This document shows, piece after piece, positions 1 through 11,140 of a DNA stretch of 64,000 bases (the first letter of the stretch is position 1; the number at the start of each line of letters is the position of its first letter). The position numbers and the translations under genes were made by a program. Below the pieces are notes generated by a model. That model did no database searches. It had not been told where the DNA came from and saw nothing but the letters and a program-made list of their open reading frames with translations. The DNA is from Lytechinus pictus (lineage: Eukaryota): positions 16,492,001 through 16,556,000 of the forward strand of contig NC_087254.1 in assembly GCF_037042905.1 (NCBI RefSeq), written 5' to 3'.

Positions 1-476
1 AAAACGTCCATTAGATTGTCAATTTTTTCAGATCGAAATATTAAGATTTTCAGCTTACGCATCGCGCTCACATCTATTGTTGTTTTAGATAACCATCTTA
101 ATCATTGATACCAAAAATGCTTAGAATATCAAGCTTTCAGGTCAGAATATAAAGAAATTTATTCGGCACTCACATTATCTGTGTAGTGAGATATGTATCC
201 TCCTGAGTTACTACAAACAGTCCTAAACAGGTGCCTCTTTCCGGATTTCAGGTCAGTATACTAAAAAATTTCAGCTCGCGCTTCGCGCTCGCATGAATTT
301 GTTGATTTATTTGTTGGTGAGATATGTGTCTCTTTCTCATGAGTCATATATATATATGTATATGTATATATCTAGGTCTATGTGTGTGTTTGTTTGTTTT
401 GTGTGATCAAGCGCCTTTGGAACGTTGATTCATGATTTTGCCCCCCCCCCCATCTGAAAAATGGATCGACGCCCCT
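1..476. mobile_element. End of a non-autonomous DNA element (hAT-like terminus)
   Basis: Degenerate internal repeats (TTTCAGGTCAG...TTCAGCTCGCGCTTCGCGCTCGCA) ending in C-run...GGATCGACGCCCCTG. Confidence 0.4.
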
Positions 477-477
477 G

Positions 478-496
478 AGTAGCAGTAGTAGTACAT

Positions 497-529
<33 letters not shown>

Positions 530-550
530 AATCAATAGCAGCAGTAGTAA
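478..550. repeat. (TAG)n/(CAG)n microsatellite
   Basis: Direct reading. Confidence 0.9.
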
Positions 551-664
551 CAATAGAGGTGCTAGAAGTTCAACGAAGTAAAAAATTACCTTGAATATTA
601 TTAGATTAGATATAATCAATATCATTATCAATTCATTTGTTTTTTTTATTATTATTTTGATAAG

Positions 665-827
665 TCAGATACAAAAAGGGAGAGCATTGAAATGAAACCA
701 AGTATTGCAAGTTTGGAAGGTTCCTGCGGTATTGAAGCACAAGATCAAGGAGAAACGCTGTTGTACCACCAGCAGCGTTATGACACTCAGAATACACAAT
801 TAGAATCAAAGGGCTCCAAATGTGTAG
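665..827 (+). CDS. MFSD11: Candidate MFSD11 internal exon (hydrophilic central loop)
   Basis: Open, coding-like stretch (SDTKRESIEMKPSIASLEGSCGIEAQDQGETLLYHQQRYDTQNTQLESKGSKCV) after a T-rich tract and AG. It ends in phase 1 at AG|GTGGGC, compatible with the phase-1 start of exon 5710. Splice sites are weak and there is no recognisable homology. Confidence 0.45.
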
Positions 828-1442
828 GTGGGCTGGCCAGTTGCCTCAGAGCAAAATTGTAGTTTGGAAAAATGCAAATGCTTCCCCACATTTTGCCATG
901 CATCCCTTTTCATGCCATCCATAATTTGTAATAAACCCTCAAAAGATCACAATTGCTTTGTAAAAAATGCTCAAATGTCAAATTATGAAATGACAATTGC
1001 TCCAATAGCAGCACGTAGACCTGATGTCTAATTTGATTGAGATTCCATACAGATTCAAATTCACACACATACCATTTAATATTGAGATATAGTACATGTA
1101 TACACGTAGATCTACATGTAATCTATTCAAATTTATAAATGTTTCCTTCATGTGAACATAGTTGTAGGAGGAGGGTATAATGTTTTATTACTGAATTATG
1201 AAACTAAAATGCATAGAACTAATATCTGAACTTACTTGTTGCTTTGTAAGGAAATTCTGGCAAGTTTTCAGGTTTTTGAGAACAAACTTTGTGTTGAGCA
1301 TTGAGATGCAAGTTGAATATGCAGTGGCGGATCCAGCATTTTGAGATAGTTGGGGGCGCATATGTTTTTAGCAAATTCGAAAATAGAAGGGGTGCAGACA
1401 ACAGTCTTCTTAAATTTAGCTAATCAACGTGTATGTCAACGT

Positions 1443-1743
1443 GGAGCGTTGTGGCCCAGTGGATTAGTCTTCGAACTTTGAAACAGAGGGTCATGGGTTC
1501 GAATCCCAGCCATGGCGTAATTTCCTTCGGCAAGAAATTTATCCACATTGTGCTGCACTCGACCCAGGTGAGGTGAATGGGTACCCGGTAGGATTTATTC
1601 CTTTAATGCTTTAGCGCCTATATGGCCGCTCAGCTACAGCCGGGGTCATAATAATATACCAAGTATATTTCAGCGCCTTGAGCACATAATCAATGTGGAT
1701 TTGGCGCTTTAGAAACACTCTATATTATTATTATTATTATTAT
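1443..1743 (+). mobile_element. tRNA-derived SINE, family A
   Basis: Pol III A box (TGGCCCAGTGG) and B box (GGTTCGAATCC), conserved core (GCAAGAAATTTATCCACATTGTGCTGCACTCGACCCAGGTGAGGTGAATGGGTACC), (TAT)n tail. Confidence 0.85.
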
Positions 1744-2429
1744 GTAAGAGCAATTCTCAAATAAAGAGGGGGATGTATGCCACTTGCATCCCTACCTTGA
1801 TCCGGCCTTGTTAGTAAACAGGTTTGTTCTTGACAATTTTGAATCCTGTCAGAGGCTTGTCTGTCGCAAAGAAGAGTAATATTATAAGTGCAGACCAGTG
1901 TTTATGTAAATGCAGTTGGTTCCTTGACTAATTAATTAATTCATTCATTCATTTATTTATTTATTTATTCATTCATTTATTCACGTTTAATTTCAACAGG
2001 GTAGCCCTTCAACTAATTTACAAAGTGGCCCTGCAACACAATAAAAACAACACAGATTAATATTACAACATATACATAAAATATGAAGTAGAAATAGAAT
2101 GAAGATAATACATACAATAAAATGTACTAGTATGCAAATATGAAAAAAGCTTAAAAAGGAAGAAAAAAAAAGAATTAAAAAAGAGAAAAGAGCCTCCAAA
2201 CTATTACAAAATGTACACACCCACACACAAATTAAGGATTAATTTTTGTTGTGGATCCTAAGGTAAGATCATCCTTGCACTAAAAGTTACACAGGTCTAT
2301 TGAATTTTGGGGAGCAATTATCACCAGACCATCAATCACTCTCAGCCAGCTTTGTGTCAACTCCTTGATCATGTGTATTCATCCCCTCATATTTGTCGTG
2401 AAACCGGGTCTGTGTTTCATATCTTGCTG

Positions 2430-2842
2430 TTTTTATACACCTGTCCTAGACGGGATGTATTGTGGTATCACGCTCGGTGTCCGTCTGTCCGTTCGTCTTT
2501 TAACATCACGCTCGGTGTCCGTCTGTCCGTCCGTCTTTTAACTTTTCCTTGTAAACACTATAACTTCAGTTCAGCCTAGGCCCATATAATTTGGTGTGTA
2601 TGATACTTGCATGATTCCCAGGAAGCCTATTGATTTTGAGGTCAAAAGGTCAAGGTCACAGTGACATGTTTTCATCTTACCCTTCTGCAGTCCGTGTAAA
2701 CGAGATAACTTTAGTTTAACTTTATAACCAAGGCTCATATAATTTGGTGTGTATGATACTAGCATAGATCCCAGAAAGCCTATTAATTTTTGTCTCACCT
2801 GCATAGCAGAGTGAGACTATAGGCGCCGCTTTTCCGACGGCG

Positions 2843-2897
<55 letters not shown>

Positions 2898-4327
2898 CGG
2901 CGGCGTCAACACCAAATCTTAACCTGAGGTTAAGTTTTTGAAATGACAGCATAACTTAGAAAGTATATGGACCTAGTTCATGAAACTTGGCCATAAGGTT
3001 AATCAAGTATTACTGAACATCCTGCCTGAGTTTCATGTCACATGACCAAGGTCAAAGGTCATTTAGGGTCAATGAACTTAGACCATGTTGGGGGAATCAA
3101 CATCAAAATCTTAACCTAAGGTTAAGTTTTTGAAATGTCATCATAACTTAGAAAATATATGGACCTAGTTCATGAAACTTATACATAAGGTTAATCAAGT
3201 ATCACTGAACATCCTGCATGAGTTTCACATCACATGACCAAGGTCAAAGGTCATTTAGGGTCAATGAACTTTGGCCGAATTGGGGGTATCTGTTGAATTA
3301 CCATCATAACTTTGAAAGTTTATGGATCTGATTCATGAAACTTGGACATAATAGTAATCAAGTATTACTGAACATCCTGTGCAAGTTTCAGGTCACATGA
3401 TCAAGGTCAAAGGTCATTTAGGGTCAATGAACTTTGGCCAAATTGGGGTATTTGTTGAATTACAGCCATAAATTTGAAAGTGTGTTGGTCTAGTTCATAA
3501 AACTTGGACATAATAGTAATCAAGTATCACTGAACATCCTGTGCGAGTTTCAGGTCACATGATCAAGGTCAAAGGTCATGTAAGGTCAAAGAACTTTGGC
3601 CACGTTGGGGGTATTTGTTGAATTGCCATCATATCTCTATAAGTGTATTGGTCTAGTTCATAAAACGTGGAAATAAGAGTAACCAAGTATCACTGAACAT
3701 CTTGTGCGAGTTATAGTAGTTTTCAAAATCAGCACTGCTGCTATATTGAATCGCGTGATGCAGGTGAGACGGCCAGAGGCATTCCACTTGTTAGGTCAAA
3801 AGGTCAAAGATCAAGGTCACAGTGACCTCTTACCCTTCTGCAGTCCTTGTAAACACGATAACTTTAACTTAACCTAGTCTCATATAATTTGGTGTGTATG
3901 ATACTAGCATAGATCCCAGAAAGCCTATTAATTTTTAGGTCAAAAGGTCAAAGATCAAGGTCACAGTGACATGTTTTCCTCTTACCCTTCTGCAGTCCTT
4001 GTAAACACGATAACTTTAACTTAACCTAGTCTCATATAATTTGGTGTGTATGATACGAACATGGATCCCAGGAAGCCTAGTGATTTTGAGGTCAAAAGGT
4101 CAAGGTCACAGTGACATGTTTTCATCTTACCCTTTTGAAGTCCTTGTAAATGCTATAAATTCAGTTTAACTTAACCTAGGCTCATATAATTTGGTGTGTA
4201 TGATACTAGCATGGATCCCTGGAATTATATTGATTTTGTGGTCCAAAGGTCAAGTCGCCACCTTCCAATAACTCAATTTTCCACTATAGGCGGACGTATT
4301 ATGTGCTCACCCAGCGACACTCTTGTT
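2430..4327 (+). mobile_element. Non-autonomous Helentron-associated (HINE/DINE-1/pearl-like) element, outer copy
   Basis: T-run start, short 5' hairpin, (GTCY)n microsatellite, ~120-bp internal tandem repeats containing AAGGTCAAGGTCACAG, ends ...CACTCTTGTT. Interrupted by a second element at 2791-3791. Confidence 0.65.
2791..3791 (+). mobile_element. HINE-like element, copy 1 (nested)
   Basis: 13-bp sub-terminal inverted repeat GTCTCACCTGCAT (2792-2804) / ATGCAGGTGAGAC (3758-3770), 5' hairpin, (GGC)n tract, ~4.5 internal repeats of ~160-190 bp, inserted in a T run with no TSD. Near-identical to 53299-54272. Confidence 0.8.
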
Positions 4328-4493
4328 TAATTTGTATTCATGTTATGTATATAACAATCTTTGATTTTAGAATGTTTCTCTTGAATTTTTCTTAATTTAA
4401 GGTTACTCATGTTTAGCTTGTATGTTTGCACCTTTATATTCCATTGTCTTTCAACTCTTTTTTTTAAGCAAATCATTGCTTACATTAACCGCT

Positions 4494-4803
4494 CAGTGGC
4501 GTACGCAGGGGGGGGGGGGTTGCAGGGGTTCAAAACCACCCCCTAAGATTTCAACACCCCCCTAAATTTTTTTTGAAAACTTTATTTTTTATTTATTTTT
4601 TTGCTTGTCAAATTGTTTTGAGGTAGTAAACGACGTAAACATTTGTGGTGAAGACCTTTTTTTTTTTGCTTGTCAATTTTTTTGGGGGAGTAGAAAACAA
4701 CCTAAAATTGATTAATGTGAAGACCTTTTTTTTGGGGGGGTTGTCAACATTTCATTCAGCTTGAACCCCCCCCCCCCTTTACAAAATCTGCGTACACTGC
4801 TGC
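4494..4803. mobile_element. hAT-like MITE
   Basis: CAGTGGCGTACGCAG...CTGCGTACACTGCTG ends with G/C runs. Internal GAAGACCTTTTTTTGCTTGTCAA repeats also occur inverted at 40560-40715. Confidence 0.6.
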
Positions 4804-5247
4804 AACGGTTACCGCTTATTACATTATTTCACATGCTGTAACACTTAATGCAGAGTTCTGTAAATTGAAGATGTTTTTCATGTAAAATAAGATCTAAGAA
4901 AAAAAGGAGAACCAGTTGAACCTGAAGATTTGTATATTTTGTTTGAGAATGTAGGAATTATTGAATTAATGAAAAAAGCTTCCATGTTAACATAAATTTT
5001 GTTTGTAAAAATCTAAATATATAAGACTTAATGATAGCACATAGTTAGAATTATGAACCAGATTGAGATCTACGATGGTATAATGACTTTTTCTGGGTTG
5101 AAGTAATTATTTGCTGCAAGTGCATGTACTTAGCTTTTATTCAATAGGCAGTTCCAATGCAAACAATGAAGACAATGTACTTGTATACAATTATATCATG
5201 ATGTGGCTGCTATTGCTTCAAGCAGTTTTGTGCATATAATAGCTGAT

Positions 5248-5416
5248 GGGTGTTTCATAAAGCTCTTCGTAAGTTAAGGGCGACTATAAGAACGACTGGT
5301 GATCCTTTCTTGTGGCGAACGGTAAATTCATTGGCGATGGTTTAGCGCGTAGGATAGGATCACCAGTCGTTCTTGAAGTCGCTCTTAACTTATGAACAGC
5401 TTTATGAAACGGCCCC
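5248..5416. mobile_element. Palindromic MITE (Harbinger/Tourist-like)
   Basis: ~60-bp imperfect inverted arms GTTTCATAAAGCT...GGTGATCC / GGATCACC...AGCTTTATGAAAC. A related copy lies at ~12243-12383. Confidence 0.7.
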
Positions 5417-5709
5417 CTGATCCTTGTATTTTACCAATAATGCTTTATGTATTATATAGTTATCAGTCAGTATTATCTCTTTGACTGCCACTGCATTCAT
5501 TTGTCTTTGTTAGTATATGAAGATGTTAATTTATCATTGATTTATGAATAAAATGCAGAAAATCCTGTTAAAAATGAAAATATGAGGGTACCTGAAGAGA
5601 AATTATTCCCTGTGATTAATTGTGCAAGATGTATTCTTCCTACTTGTATATAAAAGGCTAGACAGTTACCTGGAAATTAACTCATGATGATTTTTTTTTA
5701 TCTTGACAG

Positions 5710-8700
5710 TGCGGTCAGCCAAGTTGATGCTTAAGAAGGAAATGTTAATCATCAGCATTACTAATTTCTATACAGGTATTTATTGTTTCATTATCTATCC
5801 CTATGTAATTGATTTAGGACCGGAGAACATATTCTAGTCATGCGTAAAGTCTTACGGAGAGTTATTTGTAACTTTGCTTCATGAAAAAACCAATCGAGAT
5901 TAGAGATTGAAATTTTGACAATAGCAGGCAGGTTCTTAGCCCATCAGGGAAAATTATTTTACTTTTTCCAGTCAAGGAAAAATCTTGGAATTCAGGGAAA
6001 AATGCCTCAAATGAGGGAAAAATCAGGGAATTTTTATCATCCCAAAAGTCGAAAGCACGGTAGTCAGCCAGACTCTGTTATATTTTGTTGCATATCAAAA
6101 CAACTTCCATTGAAAGACTGGTTATGGTGGTATTTATTAGTTTTACAATATTGTTTTTATACTGAAAATACCTGTAATTTACTGCAACAACTTAGAAAAC
6201 ATGCGAAACTGGGAATGGGTTTAAATAATTATCCGGGAATTTTTAAACTTCATCAGGGAAAAATCAGGGAATTTTGTTTTCTTGAAAAGCTGGGAACCCT
6301 GGCAGGTGAGTTTGCCTTCATCAAATTTAATCGGACCCCTGGAAGTTTCCGCAAAGTGAAATTTGATTTACCAGAGGTAAATAAGACACCCAATAGAATG
6401 AATTTTCGTTATTTAGACTAAGAATATGGAAGATAGACTTGTACAGAATTAAATGAATAGTTATGCACCGCCATAAACTTCATATTTTTTCTGATTTATT
6501 GTTGATACAGGTCTGGAGTTGACTTTTTTCAGCGGTGTATACGGGACTGCAATCAGTAATACCAAAATGTTTGGTGTAGATTCAAACAGTTTCATTGGTA
6601 TTAGTGGTATGCTTATTGGTGCAGGAGAGATCACTGGTAATTCTTGCTTTTATTGGCATTCCTTTTTATTAGTTCTGATTTTCATCTCTTAATAAGAAGA
6701 ACCTATGTTATTATTATTATTTGTTTGGTGTCACCTGTGCCTGGGAGGCGAAAAGCGAACTGAATCACTATGACCCGCAGGTCTGTCCTCCCGAAATAAC
6801 TGATGGGGGAGTGCAGGTGGACCACTACACCGGGGATTCCCCCTACTCTTAAACGAATAGTGCAGTGGGCCCTTAATGCGCAAAGGTGGTGACTCCTCTA
6901 CATGGGGCCTCCATTTAACATCCTATTCAAAGGATGGAGTTTTTGTCAACTTTTTGCACAGTAACATAGCCTGCATCTATTGAACAGGGGAGAGACGTTT
7001 ACATACAACGCAGGCTTCATTCATTCGCCTGAGTTCAAATCCTACTTCAGGCGTAAATTTCTTTCAGCAAGAAATTGCTCCGTGTTGTGCTGCACTCAAC
7101 CCAGGGTAAGGTATATGGGGACCTAGCAGGACTTAGTTCCTTGAAATGCAGTGCGCATAAAAGCTGCTCTTCTCTGCAAGGATAATTATGTTACATTTCT
7201 GTAAAGTGCATAGAGACTTCTAATAATGTTTGAATTAAGAGCTTTGTAAGCAAGTTTTTTTTTAATTAATAATTCTGGTTGACTTGACAGTTGCAAAACA
7301 AATGGTAACAGAATGAGACAAAACACTTTTGAAACTTTTTTCTTTTGTAAATGTCTGTATTTTTGATACACCAGTTTTCAAAACACTGAATTTCCTGTAT
7401 AGGGGTGATACTGTTTACAATTCAAATAAATTCAATAAAAAAGAATGCAGTTATCTCAAATAAATCTAAAATGAGAAAAGGGAAATGTAGTAGAAGTGTG
7501 GTGGTGGTGGTGATTTTTTTACCTGATTGCTAAGTAAGCATAAATGCTTGTAAGCAAGCAATCAGAGGACCGACGGCTTAAGGTCCTCTCCGAAGGACCT
7601 GGTACTGAGGATTAATGCCTTACCAAAGGGCACTAGCGCACCAAGTGGGAATCGAACCCGGGTCACCGGAATACGAATCCCCCGCTCTACCGACTGAGCT
7701 ACCGCGCCTGTGGGAGCATGCAAGAAGTTGATGTTTTGGGGTGATGCTTATTACACATATAAAACATCTATGGAAGTGTAATCTATGTTATGATTGTTTG
7801 TTTTAGGTGGTTTGCTCTTTGGTATTCTTGGCAAGAAAACTATCAAGTTTGGTCGAGATCCCATCATTCTTCTGGGTTATGTGGTCCACATGATTTGCTT
7901 CTATCTTATCTTTCTCAACCTACCTGCTGAATCGCCTATACAATCATCACATGAGGGCTCCTACATAGGACCATAGTAAGTGATAGTAGNNNNNNNNNNN
8001 NNNNNNNNNNNNNNNNNNNNNNNNNNNNNNNNNNNNNNNNNNNNNNNNNNNNNNNNNNNNNNNNNNNNNNNNNNNNNNNNNNNNNNNNNNNNNNNNNNNN
8101 NNNNNNNNNNNNNNNNNNNNNNNNNNNNNNNNNNNNNNNNNNNNNNNNNNNNNNNNNNNNNNNNNNNNNNNNNNNNNNNNNNNNNNNNNNNNNNNNNNNN
8201 NNNNNNNNNNNNNNNNNNNNNNNNNNNNNNNNNNNNNNNNNNNNNNNNNNNNNNNNNNTAAAAGGAGTAGTAATGATTATTATTACCATTATCATCATCA
8301 TAGTCTCCATCATCAGTAGAAGTAGTAGTACTCGAAGTAGTAATTGATGTTGTAGAAGTTAAACAAGAAGTAGTGTTGTAGTAGAAGTGGTGTCTTGAGC
8401 AGCAGCACTCAGAATATTTGTAGTAATTGTAGCACAAGTATTGTTGTTGCTACTTTAGAAGTAGCGGAAGTACATGTACAATGTAGCAGCAATGAGTTAG
8501 TAATATAAGTAGCACTATTTTGTGGAGATCAAGTCACACCAGTTATAGAAGCAATGATTTAAATTGGTACATATTAATCATATCTTATTGTCTCTTTCTT
8601 TCAGTATTGAATTAGCATTTGCTTGCTCATATATGCTTGGATTTGCTGATGCTTGTTTCAACACACAAATATACTCACTCCTCGGAAGCTACTTTAAGTC

Positions 8701-10280
8701 AGATAGTGCCTCAGCCTTTGCCCTCTTCAAGTTTATTCAGGTAATTGGATTGGATAACATTAGCCAAATCAATATTATAATGAGCCAAAACTTTTGAGGG
8801 ACTGAATTTTTCCCCTCATGATATGAAAATCAAACTATTTGATGGATTTAGACAATTTATTTAGAAAATAACACCATATTTCACCCTGTTATTCCTTTCC
8901 TTAATTTTCTTTTTTTTTCTTGGGGCAAAACTTTTGTGGGGGCCATAGCCCCTCCATCTGTGCGCTAATGACCCAAATGTCTTAACCCTAATTCTCCCGG
9001 GGGGGGGGGGGGGGGGGCCATAATGGCCCCCCCCCTCGACAATTTTCGCGATATATCTGCTGCGCAAATTTTTTTTACCTCGCCGCTCACTGAATTTTTA
9101 CTTTCAAGTCTCGCGCAAATTTTGAGACCAAATTTGTGACGCCCGGGTACGCGGTTACGACATTACGCAACATTATGTAAGAGCATGTCAGACCAAAAAT
9201 TGCTCATAAACGTGATTTCATGTACAAATCCAATGCAAATTGTGTATTCAGCCAAAATTCATAAATGTATCATTATTTCTACTTTCGCTGATTAAACTTA
9301 ATTAATTTTGCCTTGTTTATGATCAGAATTAAGTCTGGAACAATTTCCATTGAAAAAACAATAAAAAAACAAAAAGTTAAAAAAAACAAAGAAATACATA
9401 AGAAATTAAAAAACAATAAAATACATAAGAAATCGTTCTTTGTCCCAGAATTTTTTTATTCACAATTGTTAGAAATGCTATAAAGAATATTTTCACCAAA
9501 AAATAGCATTCTAGGAGCTTTATTTAGTGAATCAGAGCAAAAAGTATGATTTCATGAATAAATTAGCATAATTAATTCATATAAAATAAAAATATATGAA
9601 TTCAGTGAAATTTACCAATGCAACTGCATAGATTACGTCATTCTCTACCATCATGCAAATTTTCGTTGTGATCGCGCAATCCGCGGCTGAGATCTTAAGG
9701 GGGGCCATAATGGCCCCCCCCCCCCCCCCCCCGGGAATGACAAGAATAAAAATACCCCGGGAGATTTAGGGTTAAAGACCTAATCTCTATCTGTTCTACC
9801 TATTCTGCCAGATCCCTCTGTTCACCCTTTTTTTGTAACTTAAATCATGGCCCTGGCATGAAAGCCCAATATGGTGATCGTGTCTTTTCTTTAAGTGCTC
9901 ATTTGATGCTGAAAAAAAGGGAATAGGCATTACGATGGAAAATTCAAAACCAGTGTTAATCAAGCTAACTTGCAACTTGACCACCAAACACGGTTTCAGT
10001 CTGCTCCTATATAAAGTTCAATTAACTTTTATATGAAAAATTTGAAAGATTTATATGGAAAATCTGTGTTGTCAATTTAATGACAAAATTCTGATCAAAT
10101 TAGCCTGTAAATGTCTCCTGTCTATTCTTAATTTTTCAGTCCGCTGCTGCTGCCATAGCCTTTGCCTATAGTCTTGTGCTCGTACTTCACTGGCAACTCC
10201 TAATCCTGGTCGTCTGCGGAACATTTGGGGCGCTGTCATTTTTCTACGTTGAGCACCATCCACCTAGGAACGAGATCTGA
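5710..10280 (+). CDS. MFSD11: UNC93-like MFS transporter MFSD11, 3' part (5' exons lie upstream of the window)
   Basis: Five phase-compatible GT-AG exons: 5710-5775 (RSAKLMLKKEMLIISITNFYTG), 6511-6636 (LELTFFSGVYGTAISNTKMFG...GISGMLIGAGEITG), 7807-7975 (GLLFGILGKKTIKFGRDPIILLGYVVHMICFYLIFLNLP...), 8605-8740 (...MLGFADACFNTQIYSLLGSYFKSDSASAFALFKFIQ), 10140-10280 (SAAAAIAFAYSLVLVLHWQLLILVVCGTFGALSFFYVE...TGA). The motifs GLELTFFSGVYGT, FNTQ, SAxAFAxFKFxQ and LHWQLL match MFSD11 as I recall it. Confidence 0.93.
7520..7709 (-). mobile_element. tRNA-derived SINE, family B
   Basis: Minus strand begins GGCGCGGTAGCTCAGTCGGTAGAGCG...GGTTCGATTCCC, then a non-tRNA body. Near-identical copy at 49165-49355 and a fragment at ~55452-55518. 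Confidence 0.8.
7990..8258. other. Assembly gap
   Basis: Run of N, flanked by low-complexity TAG-like sequence. Confidence 0.99.
8986..9771. mobile_element. Non-autonomous piggyBac-like element
   Basis: TTAA on both sides (8982-8985, 9772-9775), TIRs CCCTAATTCTCCCGGGG / CCCCGGGAGATTTAGGG, and a sub-terminal palindrome GGGGCCATAATGGCCCC near both ends. Confidence 0.85.
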
Positions 10281-10587
10281 TATCAAGCGCTCCAGCTTAG
10301 TGATATGGAAGATGCCCACTATAGCAACGGAGAGGAAGAGGAAGTGGAGGATAGGGGCATTAACCAGATACCATATAACAACAAAACATGATCTGGATAT
10401 AAAGTCATCCAGAGTTAGTTTTCAATTCAATTCAATACAACCTGAAGTCAGAAAAATTACTATTTTACTCAAATCTTTGAGAGCTTTATTGATATGTTAT
10501 AACATAATAACCATTAAAACAGTGTTCATCATCAAATGGTAGATCACTTAAACCATAGATGTTTATATACGTTTTGCCATTGAAGTA

Positions 10588-10630
<43 letters not shown>

Positions 10631-10872
10631 CAAGACTGAATTTTACATTTTTAAAGAACATTCTACTACGGTAATTGAATCACTAAGTTGGAGATCAGTT
10701 TTGAGTATAGACCTAACAGTTGTATTGGCTAAATTTACTATATGTGATGCTGCGTTTTCAAATTTATTTTGTAGATTAGGTTGAAATGGAAACTGAAATT
10801 GAAGGGATTTGTAATCAGATTTATCATATTGAATTGAAATATGCATATTGAGAGGAATAGTTTATATTATAC

Positions 10873-11140
10873 CAGGGTCCCGTAACACAAAGGTTGGCGA
10901 TTAATTGTAGGTGCGAATTTTACGATTGATTGTTCATTGTAGTCAATGCAATCAATCGTAGAAAAATGTTCGCCGATCATCGCCAAGCTTTGTGTTACAG
11001 GCCCCAGGACCCATAACTTGAAACTTTGCAATCGATTGCGAGGCTGATTTCTACAATTGATTGCATAATAGGTTATTATGTACGATCAATCGTGAGAATT
11101 AGCCCCACGATTGATTGCTAGGCTTTGTGTAACAGGGCCC
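10873..11140. mobile_element. Two abutting palindromic MITEs (GTAACACAAAG family)
   Basis: Ends GGGTCCCGTAACACAAAG / CTTTGTGTTACAGGCCCC. Further family members at 15286-15422 and ~38285-38386. Confidence 0.7.

Noticed and set aside
2722-2952. Poly-Ala ORF on the minus strand
   Set aside because: It is the (GGC)n tract of the HINE element, repeated at ~53345.
5915-6421. 168-aa ORF
   Set aside because: It lies in an MFSD11 intron, has no recognisable motif, and overlaps a repeat-like segment with CAGGGAA motifs and a ...GGGAACCCTG end.
7635-7709. Apparent tRNA genes (also 1443, 42755, 49280)
   Set aside because: The acceptor stems do not pair and each is fused to a repeated non-tRNA body, so these are SINE heads or relics.
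7936-8437. ORFs spanning N runs (also near 27800 and 45500)
   Set aside because: Artefacts of assembly gaps.
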